The notes: generated by a model from the letters alone, not told the origin. 64,000 bases of DNA from the human T2T-CHM13v2.0 reference genome, Homo sapiens (GCF_009914755.1 NC_060933.1), one strand, 5' to 3'. Counted from the stretch's first letter, positions 1 through 13,050 are shown. Numbers and translations: made by a program.

Positions 1-179
1 TCTAGCATTAGGTATATCTCCCAATGCTATCCCTCCCCCCTCCCCCGACCCCACCACAGTCCCCAGAGTGTGATATTCCCCTTCCTGTGTCCATGTGATC
101 TCATTGTTCAATTCCCACCTATGAGTGAGAATATGCGGTGTTTGGTTTTTTGTTCTTGCGATAGTTTACTGAGAATGAT
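1..179 (-). mobile_element. Young LINE-1 (L1HS/L1PA2-type) 3' UTR, heavily 5'-truncated; continues off the left edge
   Basis: The reverse complement reads GAGATCACATGG...GGAATATCACACTCTGGGGACTGTGGTGGGGTCGGGGGAGGGGGGAGGGATAGCATTGGGAGATATACCTAATGCTAGA, which are the youngest-L1 variants. L1 similarity stops at 179, followed by TTATTTATTTATTTAA. Confidence 0.92.
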
Positions 180-869
180 TTATTTATTTATTTAAACCTA
201 AAAACGTGCCTGAAAATTTACTTTCTCAATAAATCTTAGTCACTTTCTCTCTCTAAAATAATTATCTTCATTTTTAACTTGGAAAGCTTATTGAGCTGCT
301 AATTAGCTCCTAAAATATGTCCCATAGGGCATGGATATAAATCAGAACATTGAAACAAAAAGAACAAAATTAATCCTCAAAATTAAGTGGAAAATTTAGA
401 CTTCCCAAAGGATCTGAGGAACGAGTAGATGGGGCCTTAGAGAAAAAAAGAGGCAAAAACAGAAGATGATATAACTGGCATTCTATACATATTGATGGTT
501 AGGAAGAATCGCAGAAAGACTTTTTAGGAAAATGGGTGAACTTTTAGTAGTTATATGGTAATGGTATACAGTAACCCTCATTAAAATATCCACCATACTC
601 TTAAAAGTAATAAGTAGGCAAAGCTTTAAGCTGTAAGTTTGTACAGAATGACTGATGTGTGCCATGGTGGAGTTCCATGGTAACTAATGAGCGTGGCATA
701 GTTTATCAACTGGATAAATTCATCAGGAGTAGGAACTCAGTCCAAATCTGTAAGCTCCCTGTACTTGTACTTCTTTGCTGGAGAAAATGAAATAAGAACT
801 AGCACTAAAAAATAGGAAATGCCTAGATCATATTAAATATATAACAGATACTATTATATATGACAAGAA

Positions 870-1025
870 ACTACACTGAAACAGATTCTATCAACATACA
901 AATAGAGAACCTGAGGCACAGAGAAGTGCTTTTCCCACTATCCCACAGATTATAAGGGGTAAAAGCAAGATTTGAACCATGACTCTTCATCTCTAGACCC
1001 CATGCTCTTAATCACTACATCATAG
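870..1025 (-). mobile_element. MIR SINE fragment
   Basis: GAACCTGAGGCACAGAGAAG...GATTTGAACC...CATGCTCTTAATCACTAC matches the MIR core. Confidence 0.8.
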
Positions 1026-1052
1026 AACCTCTCTGCACTGATTCTTAGTTTG

Positions 1053-2904
1053 TGATATGGTTTGGCTCCGTGTCCCCACCCAAATCTCATCTTGTGGCTC
1101 CCATAATTTCCACATGTTGTGGTTTCAGATGGAGATGAGGAACTTGTTGAGAACCGGAGCAAAGGTGACATGTATTATGTTTTAGTAAAGAGACTGGTGC
1201 ATTTCATCCCTGCTCTAGAGATTTGTGAAACTTTGACCTTGAGAGAAATGATTTAGGGTATCTGGCGGAAGAAATTTCTAAGCAGCAAAGTGTTCCAGAA
1301 GTGACTTGGGTGCTGTTAAAGGCATTCAGTTGTACAAAGAAAGTAGAGCATAAAAGTTTGGAAAGTTTGCAGCCTGACATTGCCATAGAAAAGTAAATCC
1401 TATTTTCCGAGGAGAAATTCAAGCTGGCTGCAGGAATTTGCACAATTAACAAGGAGCCTAATGTTAATGGCCAAGACATTGGGGAAATGTCTTCAGGGCA
1501 TTTCAGCAGTCTTCACAGCAGCCCCTCTCATCACAGGCCTGGAGATCTAGAAGAAAATAGTGGTTCCATGGCCCAGGCCCAGGATCCTCATGCTGTGTGC
1601 AGTCTGGGGACTTGGTGCACTGTGTCCCAGCCACTCAAGCTATGGTCGAAAGGAGCCAATGTAGAGCTTGAGCTGTGGCTTCAGAGGGTGCAAGTTTCAA
1701 TCCTTGACAGCTTCCATGTGATGCTGAGACTCCAAGTGCAGAGAAGTCAAGAATTAGGGTTTGGGAACCTCCGCCTAGATTTCAGAAGATATATGGAAAT
1801 GCCTGGATGCCCAGGCAGATGTTTGTTGCAGGGGCAGGGCCCTCATGGAAAACCTCTGCTATGGCAGTGCAGAAGGGAAATGTGGGGTCAGAGTCCCCAC
1901 ACGGAGTCCCTATTGGGGCACTGCCTACTGGAGCTGTGAGAGGAAGGCCACAGTCCTCCACACCCCAGAATGGTAGATCCACTGACAGCTTGCACCATGC
2001 AAATGGAAAAGCCACAGACACTCAATGCCAGCCCATAAAGGCAGCCAGGAGAGAGGGTGTACCCTGAAAAGCCACAGGGGAGGAGCTAACCAAGACCATG
2101 GGGACCCATCTCTTACATCAACATGACTGGGATGTGAGAAATGGAGTCAAAGGAGATCATTTTGTAGCTTTAAGATTTGACTGCCCTGCCGGACTGTGGA
2201 CTTGCATGGGGCATGTAGCCCCTTCGTTTTGGCCAATTTCTCCCATTTGGAATGACTGTATTTACCAAATGCCTGTATCTCCATTGTATCTAGGAAGTAC
2301 CTAACTTGCTTTTGATTTTACAGGCTACTAGGCAGAAGGGAATTGCTTTGTCTTGGATGAGACTTTGGACTATGGACTTTTGAGTTAATGGTGAAATGAG
2401 ACTTTGAGGGACTGTTGAGAAGGCATAACTGGTTTTGAAACGTGAAGATATAAGATTTGGTGGGGGCAGCAGAGGAACAATATGGTTTGCCTTTGTATGC
2501 CCACCAAAATCTCATCTCGTAGCTCCCATAATTTCCATGCATTGTGGGAGGCACCTGGTGGGAGATGGTTGAATCATGGGGGCAGGTCTTTCCTGTGCTG
2601 TTCTCATGACAGTGAATGGGTCTCAGGAGATCTGATGAGTTTAAAAATGGGAGTTTCTCTGCACAACCTCTTGTTTTTTGTTTGTTTGTTTTTTTGTTTT
2701 GTTTTTGTTGTTGTTTTTGGTTTTTTGTTTGTTTTTTTCCTGCTCTCATCCACGTAAGATGTGAATTGCTCCTCCTTGCCTTCGACCATGATTGTGAGGC
2801 CTCCCCAGCCATGTGGCACTGTGAGTCCAATTAAACCTCCTTCTTTTGTAAATTGCCCAGTCTGGGGTATGTCTTTATCAGCTGGGTGAAAACGGACTAA
2901 TAAA
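1053..2904 (+). mobile_element. THE1A MaLR retroelement: truncated 5' LTR (1053-~1122), THE1-int (~1122-2477), 3' LTR (~2478-2904)
   Basis: Begins TGATATGGTTTGGCT. Typical THE1-int sequence follows (CAGATGGAGATGAGGAACTTG, GAAATTTCTAAGCAGCAAAG). The LTR ends GGACTAATAAA. 5-bp TSD GTTTG at 1048-1052 and 2905-2909. Confidence 0.95.
2671..2738 (+). repeat. T/G low-complexity expansion inside the THE1A 3' LTR
   Basis: About 68 bp of (T)nG runs where THE1A normally has a short pyrimidine stretch. Confidence 0.9.
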
Positions 2905-4354
2905 GTTTGCTAACATGTAAAAGTAATTTCAATCTTTTTTCAGTTTTCCACAAATAACATGTGAATTACACTAACTGGGATCCCTTTCACTTTCTCAATC
3001 ACCATGCGAAAATAAGTAACCAGAAGTTTAAAATCACTGCAATGCAATTTTTTTGCAATAGATTAAGAGTCATACCTCACACATTTTTTTTCTTTTCTCC
3101 CAATTGCTTGGTACAGTGTAGTATATTTCTCATGGTCCAGCAGCAATAAGATGGTATACTTTTAAATAATTTATACTTACCTATTTTATAGTAATCTCAG
3201 CCCAATATATTTGCTTTTTGAGGTGGTGTGGAAGTGATTTTGTTCATTCAGGATTGTTGAATGTAATATTTTCTAATTAATTGTTTTATCTTCTATAGAC
3301 ACTTAGATTCTTTACCATTTTTAAAAGTTTATTGCCTAAAAAAGAGTAATACTATCTATATTAGATTTTGCAATTATTATTGCACTACTGAGCCTTCTAC
3401 AGTGGATTGGCAGGCTAACTCCACAACATACATTTTGACAGGTCATGTTTATTTAATAGGTGCCTTAGACAAGGCAGAAAATACAGAGGCAGATACAGAC
3501 ATGGAAAACATGTTTGGATGGTGTTTCACTCTGAATTTAAGTTAATTTTCAGTGACTTTAGAGTTTAAGTAACAGAAGGCTATTGTCACTGCTGGATGGT
3601 TTATTCAGAAATTTATTATATTTATCTTGGAGCTAATGAGTCAGTGGGTTCTTAGCCAAAACAAGCAACAACGGGGTCACATAAAGTATAGGAAACTGTA
3701 TATAATGTACATTAATTAACTATATATGTATCCTTGAATAACACGTACACATTTTTATATGTACATTCTGGGCACTGCACTGGTAGCTTTAGACAACAGT
3801 AGCATCTTTGTAGTGCATGATCTTGACATTTAGTTGTACACTTGTAGCTTTACCAGATATGGTAGAAAATTCTGAAGCAGAATGAGATCTTTATGCATTG
3901 CTGGATAAAACATTTCCTATATTTTAATAGCAGAGCTGCTGATTTGCTTGAATGACACAGAGTAATTATGTCTGCACTTCTAGCTTTAACTTGTTAGTGC
4001 TCTTAGTTAGGCAACACTAGATAGGCTGCCCCAAATTATATTTGGGATTAGGAGCAAAAAAGAAAGCATAAAATATTCACCTGGTTGTCCTCAAATGCAG
4101 GAATCAGCATCATATGTAATCTCAAGTTGATTCCAGGATTGAATGATGTCTGAGATGTAAACACAAGTTTGCCCGCGAAAAGGTATTAAATTTTATTAAA
4201 ACACAAATAAAAAGAAATGGTGGCTCTTACTATGGGCAATGTTTGACAGATTCTTAAATCAAGATAGTGAAAGTATTTATGAAGTTATCGCAAAGCCAAA
4301 AGGTAAGAAAGCAATTTAAAGGACCTAGGATTGGAGCACTGCCTCTGGAAATAC

Positions 4355-4638
4355 TGAATACTATTCTATGTGAATATGTACTACATTTTATTTATTCATT
4401 CGTCTGTTGATGGACACTTAGCTTAATTCCATATCTTCGTTATTGTGAACAGTGGTGCAATAAGCATGGGGATGCAGATATCTCCTTGACATATTTATTT
4501 CATTTTTTTGTATATATACCCAATAGTGGAATTTCTGGATCATATAGTAGTTTTCTTTTAATTTTCTAAGGAAGCTCCACACTGTTTTTTATAATAGCTA
4601 TACTAATTTACATTCCCAAAAACAATGTGCAAGCATTC
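4355..4638 (-). mobile_element. L1MA-type fragment (end of ORF2)
   Basis: TTCATTCGTCTGTTGATGGACACTTAG...TACTAATTTACATTCCCA matches antisense L1. Confidence 0.85.
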
Positions 4639-4919
4639 AAAAATGACACTCAAAAAAGACAGTGTTGAATTTTAAGAATTTATATCTTACACAACTTACT
4701 AAAACTCCATAGAGAAATAATTAAGATTGAAGCTGCTGTTTGAACAATAGGTCTATCTAGAGTCGTCTCTAAATTAATCCAAACGAAGGAAAAAAAGCTA
4801 GATTTTTCCCAGTTAGGCTAAAGCTATCATTTGAGTCTACCAGCCATTTAATTAAGTTCCAGCAATGTACATTTTTGGTGGAGTTGAAGACACTTCATGT
4901 CAATGCCAGTGATGCACAG

Positions 4920-5034
4920 TTAAGCTGACACCAAGTGCTTACACAGAAATTGTGCGATGGTAAGTGTGCATTGTTGTTTAAAGCTATTAAGAGCTAGTAT
5001 AATTTGATATTTAACAGCAGATAAGTGATGTACA
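4920..5034 (+). mobile_element. MLT1-family LTR 3' end fragment
   Basis: AGAAATTGTGCGATGGTAAGTGTGCATTGTTGTTTAAAGCTATTAAG...CAGCAGATAAGTGATGTACA resembles the MLT1 terminus. Confidence 0.5.
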
Positions 5035-7935
5035 TAGAAAATAATTTAAATAAAAAGCTTTGTCTTCTTATTCAAATATTCTGTTTTGGTAAGCCAGCCT
5101 AAACCATGCTGCAAATCATTTTACCTACTTTTGAAATGAGTTCTGCAACAGCGCAGCCAGGTGACATCAGAAGATGGCAGAATAAGAGGTTCATCCACTC
5201 ATATCCCCCCCATAACCACAATAATTTGGCAGCCATCCAGGTACAAGAGTGACTTTGTGAGACTTCAAGGATTCAGGTAGGATCTTGCAAAACAATAATG
5301 GAGCCCATATTAAGGCTGGTGTTTTGAGAAGATCAACCCATGCTTAAGTGTCAAGGTCATCAACGATCTTCCTGGATACAGACGAATAAACAGCCTAATA
5401 TGGCCTTGGTCCTGCCACCAGAACTATCTGCTAAGGGACCATAGAGGAGCCATGCCCTCCCATGCCTCCAGTAACAGACCTGTTGACCTTAATCTTGGTT
5501 GTAGACCTTGAAGCAAACTGTGACCTGGCTCTAGCCCCTCCTAGCAGCAGTATAGGATCAGTCTTTTCCACCAAAGAAGTCAGTGGAAGACATGCCTGTT
5601 GGTGGCCCCAAAAGCAGGACTGTAGTCCTTAGTCTTACTGAAGATCTAGAAGCACCCTTGTGATCCAGCTTCAGCCCTGCTCAGTTATTAACCATGAGAA
5701 ATTCTGCCCACCCTGGAACATAGCAGGCAGTACATTTGTACTTCTGGAGGTAGGCCTGTAGACACCAGTTTGACCATGGCCCCAGAAGTGACACTGTGAC
5801 TCAGTTTCAGCTCCTCTCAGCTGTAGCCTGGGGCTAGTTCTGCCCACCCAGAGACCCACCAAATGACTCACAAGATGCATTCCCAGGGATGGTGTTGAGT
5901 ATCTGTTTGGATGGAACATTTTTCAGGATATATCATACGATAAGATACAAACAAATCTCAACAAATTTAGGGAGATTAATAATCTTGTCACCCATATTGA
6001 TATGAAACTAGAAAACAATAATAGGAGAAAAATTGGAAAATTCACAAATATGTGGATATTACACAACACAAACCTGAACAATAAATGGGTCGGCCAATAA
6101 GGAAATCAAAGTAATATCAAAAGGTATCTTGAGACAAAAGTAAACAAAAATCTCCACACATGCCAAAATGTATGGTATGCAGCAAAAAGCAGTTCTAAAA
6201 GGGAGGTTTACAGCAATAATTGTCTACATTAAGCAAAAAGGAAGATCTCAAATAAATCCTAATATTATACCTCAAGGGACTAGGAAAAGAATGAACAAAC
6301 TAAAACCAAAGTTATTAAAGGAAGGAAATAATAAAGACCAGAGAAAAAATAAATGAAATAGACACTAGCAAGACAATGGAAAAGCTCAACGACAACAAGG
6401 TTGGTTTTCTGAATGGTAAACAAATTTGACAAGCTTTTAGCTAGGTTAGCCAATGGAAAAAAGAATGAGAAAGACTCAATATTATAAATGGATGAAAAGA
6501 GATTACAAATGATGATACTAAAATACAAAAGATTATAACACAATAAAAGACTACTATGAAAATTTATATGCCAATTAGTTGGATAACTTAGAAGAAATGG
6601 TTAAATTCCTAGAAACATATAATATACCAAGACTGAATCATGAAGAAATAGAAAACCTAAACAGATCAATAAAGAGTAAGCAGATAAAGCAGTAATCAAA
6701 AACCTCCTAACAAGGAAAACCCCAAGACCAGATGGTTTTATGGTGAATTCTACTAAACATTTAAATAATGAACACAAATTCTCAAACTCTTTGAAACAAT
6801 AAAGAGTAGGAGCACTTTCAAATTTATTTTGTAAGTTCAGCATTACCTTCATACTAAACCCAGATAATGACACCAGAAGAACAGAAAATGATAGGACATT
6901 ATCTCTTATGAATATACATAATACAAAAATTGTCAACAAAACACTAGCAAATCAAATTGAACAGCACATTACAAAAATCATACACTATGCTCAAATAGTA
7001 TTTTCTTCTGAGGTACAAAAAAATCATTCAATATATTTAAGTCAATAAATGTGATACACAACTTTCACAGAATAAAGGATAAAATTGTTTGATCATCTCA
7101 ATAGATGCAGAAAAAGTATTTGACAGAATTGAACATATTTTCATGAAAACAAGCTCTCAAAAAATTAGGTATAGAAGGAATACACCTACATCATACTCAT
7201 TGGTGAAATGCTGAAAGTTTTTTCTCTAAGATCGGGAATAGGACAAGGTACTGACTCTCACTAATTCTATTCAGTATAATACTGGAATTCCTAGCCAGAG
7301 CAATTAGGCAAAAAACAGAAATAAAAGGCACCCAAATGAGAAAGGAAGAAGTAATAGTGTCTCTGCAGATGACATGATCTTATGTATAAGAAGCACAGAA
7401 CACTGTATCAAAAAACTATAAGAAGTAATAAGTGAATTCATTAAACTTCCAAGATATGAAGTAACATAAGAAATCAGCTGTGTTTCTATACTTACAACAA
7501 GCTATCTGAAGAAAATTAAGAAAAAAATTAATTTACAATGGAATAAAAAAATAAAATACTAAGAAATGAATTTAACCCAGGAGGTAAAAGATCTTTATAC
7601 TAAAAACTATAAAATATGGATGAAATTGAATAAGATAAAAATAAATGGAAAGACATCACATGTTCATGGGTTTGGGGAATTAATATTGTTAAAGTCCCCA
7701 TGCTACCCAAGTAACCTAATCATTCATTGCAATTCCTATCACAATTTTAATGGCATTTTCACGGAAAGAGAAAAAAAAAATCCAAGACTTGTATGAAACC
7801 ACAAAAGTGAGGACATCACACTTTCATATTTTAAACAGTATTGCAATGCTATAATAAAACATTATGGTACTAGCACAAAAACAGACACACAGACTGATGG
7901 AACAGAATTGACAGCCTACAAATAAACCCAGGCAC

Positions 7936-8074
7936 GGCTGGGTACAGTGGTACCTGCCTGTAATCCCAGCACTTTGAGAGGCTGAGACAGGAAGATCATT
8001 TGCGGCCAGGAGTCTGAAACCAGCCTGGGCTACATAGTGAGACCCTGTCTCCATGAAAGAAGAAAAAGAAAAAA
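7936..8074 (+). mobile_element. Alu monomer (FLAM-type) nested in the L1MA
   Basis: One left-arm-length unit plus an A-rich tail. Degenerate TSD AATAAACCCAGGCAC / AGTAAACCCCATGTAC. Confidence 0.85.
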
Positions 8075-8450
8075 GGAGTAAACCCCATGTACATGGTCAA
8101 CTAATTTTTTACCAAAGCACCAAGAACACACAATTTAAAAAAAAAAAGTATTTTTAATGAATACTGTTGGGAAAAGTATATCCACGCACACAAACAGTGG
8201 AAATGGACCTTTGTCTTACACCACACATTAACATTAACTCAAAGGTGATAAAAGAATTAAGTGTAAAATGTGAAACTTTAGAACTTCCATAACACAATAT
8301 AGAAAAAAGTTCCTTGCCATTGGTCTTGACAATAATTTTTTTGGATATGACACCAAATGCACAAGCTAAGAAAGCAAAAATCATCAAATGTGATTACATC
8401 AAAATAAAAAGCTTCTGTACAACAAGTGAACCAACAGAGTGAAAAGCAAC

Positions 8451-8505
8451 CTATGACATTCCAGAAACTATGACATTGCAGAAACTATGACATTGCAGAA
8501 ACTAT
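8451..8505 (+). repeat. 17-bp tandem repeat, 3.2 copies (CTATGACATTGCAGAAA)
   Basis: Units at 8451, 8468 and 8485, with one mismatch in the first. Confidence 0.95.
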
Positions 8506-9038
8506 TTGCAGACCATATATCTGATAAGGAGTAATATCCAAAATATACAAGGGACTCATTCAATTTAATAGCAAAAATAAGTAACTAAATTAAAAATAGA
8601 CAAAGAATATGATTTTTTACAAATAAGATATACAAATACCCAACAGATGCAAATGCAAATTAAAGGTACAATAAAATATTACCTTACCTGTATTAGAATG
8701 GCTATTACCAAGAAGACAAAAGATAATAAATGTTGGCAAGAATATGGAGAAAAGAAAATCCTTGCACACTGTTGTGGAGAATATAAATTGGTACAGCCGT
8801 TATAGAAAACAATATGGAGGTTCATAAAATATTAAAAAATAGAACAATCATATTACTGAGCAACCCCACTTCTGGGTATCTATTCAAAAGAATTTAAATC
8901 AGGATCTCAAAGAGATATCTGCACTCTCATGTTCACTGTAACATTATTCACAATAGCCTGGATGTGGAAACAACCTAAATGTTCATCAATGGATGAATAT
9001 ATAAAGAAAATGTGAGATATACAGATAATAAATAGTAG

Positions 9039-9040
<2 letters not shown>

Positions 9041-9081
<41 letters not shown>
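9041..9081 (+). repeat. (AC)20 microsatellite
   Basis: Perfect dinucleotide run. Confidence 0.98.
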
Positions 9082-9083
<2 letters not shown>

Positions 9084-9934
9084 GGTCTATTGTTCAGCTT
9101 TGAAAAAGAAGAAATTCCTGCCATTTGTGACAACATAGATGAACCTGGATGACAATTATGCTAAGAGAAATAACCAGACACAGTTATACAAATACTGTAT
9201 TTCCTCACCTATATTTGACATCTAAAAATGTCATACTCATAGAAATAGCGTGTAGAATGGAAGGTGCCAGGGGCCTAGTGTTGGAGAAAGAGGAAAATAT
9301 TGGTCAAATCATACAAAGTTTCTATTATGTTGTTAATAATTTCTGAGGATCTAATGTACAGCAAGATGACTCTAATTATAATAACTCTGTGTTTTATTCA
9401 TAAAATTTGCTAAAAGTGTAGATCTTAAGTGTTCTCACCACAATGAAAAAAGAAGTGGAAGCCATGTAAGGTGACTGATGTGTTAATTAACTTGATTATA
9501 CTAAGCATTTAACAGTGTATACATATATCAAATTATCACATTGTACACTTTCAATATATACAATTTTATTGCCAATTACATCTCAATAAAGTTGGCAGAA
9601 ATAAACACTGCAGTCAAAGGCTTGCTATGATTCTAATTCCTCATCTGACTCTTAGATTTTAAAATTTGTGTAAATGTAGAAAAAGAGAAACGACAAATCA
9701 GAACAAACCATTCTACCAATCCATGGAAGACTCTCAGTGCCTCAAACTTCATCCTGTATATGGCAAGGCTCCTTTCCCCTGGTTATTAGAAGTGATACCA
9801 CAATCTATAGCTTTTTTTCTGGGGGATCAGAGACTTGAGAAGTGAAATGTAATAAAAATGAGTCTAATGTTTATCTGGAAATAAAGGCTTATTATTATTA
9901 TCATCAATATTATTATGTATTATTATTTATCAAA

Positions 9935-11775
9935 AAGCCAAAGCTAAGAGATTAAGAAATGGATCAATGATTGCCAGAAGATGATGGATGATGAAGTAGT
10001 CAGCTTTAAAAGGAATACATTGGAAGAACATTTATGGTGACAAAACTGCACTGAATGTTATTGGGATGGAAGACAAGTGACTCTAAGCACATGTCAAAAT
10101 TCATAGAACTGCAATACTAATAATGAGCTTGAATACATGAAAACTAAAAATAAAGATAAAAGACACATAAAGGATGGTGAGAGATCCTAGGATGGCATGC
10201 AACCATGACAAGAGAATGTTTTATACACATATGACATAACTGTATTATTAATAGAAGGGTTACAGCAATAATGGGATACCTAACTTTGAAAAACGGTGTT
10301 TTGACTGGAAACTATACAACTAAAGACAAATGGAACTTTTTATATAAACTGCATTCAAAAGTTAGTTGGTAAATTTGTATTTTGTGAAGACACAGATTAC
10401 CAATTCTGCTTTACATATGGACTGGATTGAACAAATAATTAAGTGGATGGCAAATGTTGGGAGTCAAGTTTCCCACTCTCAGGGAAAGAAGCTACAGATA
10501 GGCAAGGAGGAAAGGCTAGTCTGGACCTGGTGTTCCTCAATCAGAGTCAGAGATATTAGTATGAACTCAGGTTTACTATATGAAAATAGATAACTAGATA
10601 AATGATAGATATAGACAGATAAACATATAGATATGTGAATATTCATGAGTTAGTATATACAAATAAATTAAATGGCTTTGTACTCTAAGAGGGCTTAGAC
10701 ACAGTGATACCCCAGCAGCAATGAGCATACCCAGCATTCAGATACTTATGCAAAAATACCATACACCAATAAAAATAATCAGAATTATTGATAAAGTGAT
10801 TGATTCTGGGACTGGGACATGGAAAATGTAAGACAAGATGAGAGCATCCTGTAGTATTGGAAAGTAAAAATGTGCTCAAAAAGCAAAGAAGGGCACATTT
10901 CAAAGTAACACAGGAATTCACCCTAAGGATTCTCCAGGAAAGATTCCCCACTGGAACAATTTCTACAACAAAAAACCAACATAGTATTGGATTACATAGC
11001 CAAGTTTAAAATATATGAGTCCCTACTAATATAAATTATTAAGTAATTAAGTAAGTGGGGGAGAAGAGACAAATCCTCCATACAGAAAAAAATCTCAAAT
11101 ACTATACGTATGTATACATGACTTCCCTCTCAATGTGATGGAATTTAAACCCTTCATGAATGTGAGCAGAACTTAGTGAATAATGTCCAAATAATAAAAT
11201 ATCACAAAGGTGAAAACAGTAACTTTGTAGTGATGAAGGCTTTCAGATACTAAACCAAATGATAAAAGTTAATTCTACCAGTCATGTTGTGTGGATATAC
11301 CATAGCCCCTGATAGGATATAACGCAAAAAGGACTTTGCTTGGGTGATAATCTTCTCCAAAACCCATCGCCAAGTCTAATCATTAGAAAAATTTCAGACC
11401 AACCTAAATGGAGGAATGTTCTACAAAATATTAACCAATAGTCCTCAAAATTTTCAAGTACATGAAAAACAATGACTGGGAAATTGTCACAAAATAGAAG
11501 AGAATGACAGAAGAGACATGACAACTTAATCAATATTGTATCCTGACATAGAAAAAATCATGAGTAAAAAAACTAGTGAAGTATGAGTACATTATGGAAT
11601 TTAGTTAATAGTATTACACCAGTGTTACTTTCTTAATTTTGACAAATATGTTAAGATAATGTAAAATTATAACAAGAGAAACTTAAACTGAATAAGGAAT
11701 ATATGAGAACTCTTTGCAATATGTTCACAGTTATTCTATATATTTATAATTATTCCATAATTTAAAAAGGTTATA
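9935..11775 (+). mobile_element. L1MC3/L1MD-type long 3' UTR
   Basis: GGTGTTTTGACTGGAAACTATACAACTAAAGACAAA, CCCCAGCAGCAATGAGCATACCCAGC and GGGGAGAAGAGACAAATC are characteristic L1MC/MD 3' end blocks. Confidence 0.85.
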
Positions 11776-11847
11776 AAGCAGTAAATTTTATTTATTGTAC
11801 ATTAATAAAATTCATAGTTAAAAATTGTATTATTCTTATTGTAATTG

Positions 11848-12091
11848 CTTTATTTTTAATTATTATGAATAAATGATAGTTGTACATGTTTATGGGGTAC
11901 ATATGATCTTTTGGTACAGGTATACGATCTGTAGTGATCAAATCAAGGTAATTGGAGTACCTGTTACCTCAAGTATTTATCATTTCTTTGTGTTAGGAAC
12001 ATTACAATTCCACTCGTTTAGTTATTTAAAATACAAAATAAATTTGTTAATTATTATCAGCCTATTGGGCTACTGAATACTAGATTTTATC
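11848..12091 (-). mobile_element. L1MA3/4-type 3' end
   Basis: TTGTACATGTTTATGGGGTACAT...TTTATCATTTCTTTGTGTTAGGAACATT. Confidence 0.85.
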
Positions 12092-13022
12092 AACCTACAT
12101 TAAATATTATTTAGTGTACTTTAACTGTCTATGGAATGAGACATAATGACAGATTAATATCACCTAATTGAAAAATGGAGAAAAATACTTTCTCTGCACA
12201 TCTCAGTTCAGTTTGCATAAATATTTAATCTCTCTACAAATAAATGCATTTGCCATAGTTCACTGCACAGTTTCATGAAATATTCACATTGGTTTTAGGT
12301 CAGTACTTACAATCACCATTTATAAAGATATTTTACAAGAAAACATCCATAGGAAAAAAATTATTTTCAGACATTGTTTGTAACCTATTTTAACCTTATG
12401 TTAGAAAATCTGAACATTGCGGTTTTAAAATATATTTTGATGTCTAAAGGGCAGACTTCCTCATTACCCTTCCATTTGAAATTGTCTTGAGTAATTTTGC
12501 AAGCATATTATTCCAGAAGTATTATAGAATCAGTTTATTAAGTTTTATGTAAATTTCATTGGGTTCTGTAATAGGAAGACATGTATTGAATTTAATTTCA
12601 TAGATTCAATTGATGTAAAAACATATAATCTCCTAGGGCTAAATGCATGTCATTTTTTTTTAATTTTATAGTTTTAAACAGCATAGTTCCTGAATTGTCC
12701 TTTTTAAATCTCTTTTTAGGATAACAATTTTGTGCACTCTTCTCACTGCTGTGAGTTTTTATTTCACATCACTTTCCTATCTATCACTCTAGTACAAAAA
12801 AACTACAAGTTTTGTTTATTTGTTTCACAACAAAACATCCAGCTGAACCCCTTATTGTTTCTGTGCTTATTCAGCTGATTATCATACGATATTTTTATGT
12901 AGATAATCCTATCACCTGCATGGTGGGGAATTTAAAAAAAAAAAAGACACACTTCTTTGCTAATATTTACACCCAAAGTAATATTCTTGGAAAATTGCAT
13001 TTCCTGTTTTTCCCAGAGTAAT

Positions 13023-13050
13023 TAATAATAATAATAATAATAATAATAAT
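13023..13050 (+). repeat. (TAA)n microsatellite
   Basis: About 9 TAA units. Confidence 0.95.

Larger units (their letters stand above)
5160..9600 (+). mobile_element. L1MA8/9-like LINE-1 with 5' UTR, large internal deletion (ORF1 and most of the endonuclease), degenerate ORF2 and 3' UTR
   Basis: Starts GTGACATCAGAAGATGGCAGAATAAGAGG. Jumps at about 5913 to ORF2 (GGAACATTTTTCAGGATA). RT motif TGCAGATGACATGAT near 7364. Ends CATCTCAATAAAGTTGG. Confidence 0.88.

Noticed and set aside
1487-2304. ORFs of 68-150 aa in THE1-int
   Set aside because: These are remnants or chance frames of the MaLR internal region, broken by stops and frameshifts.
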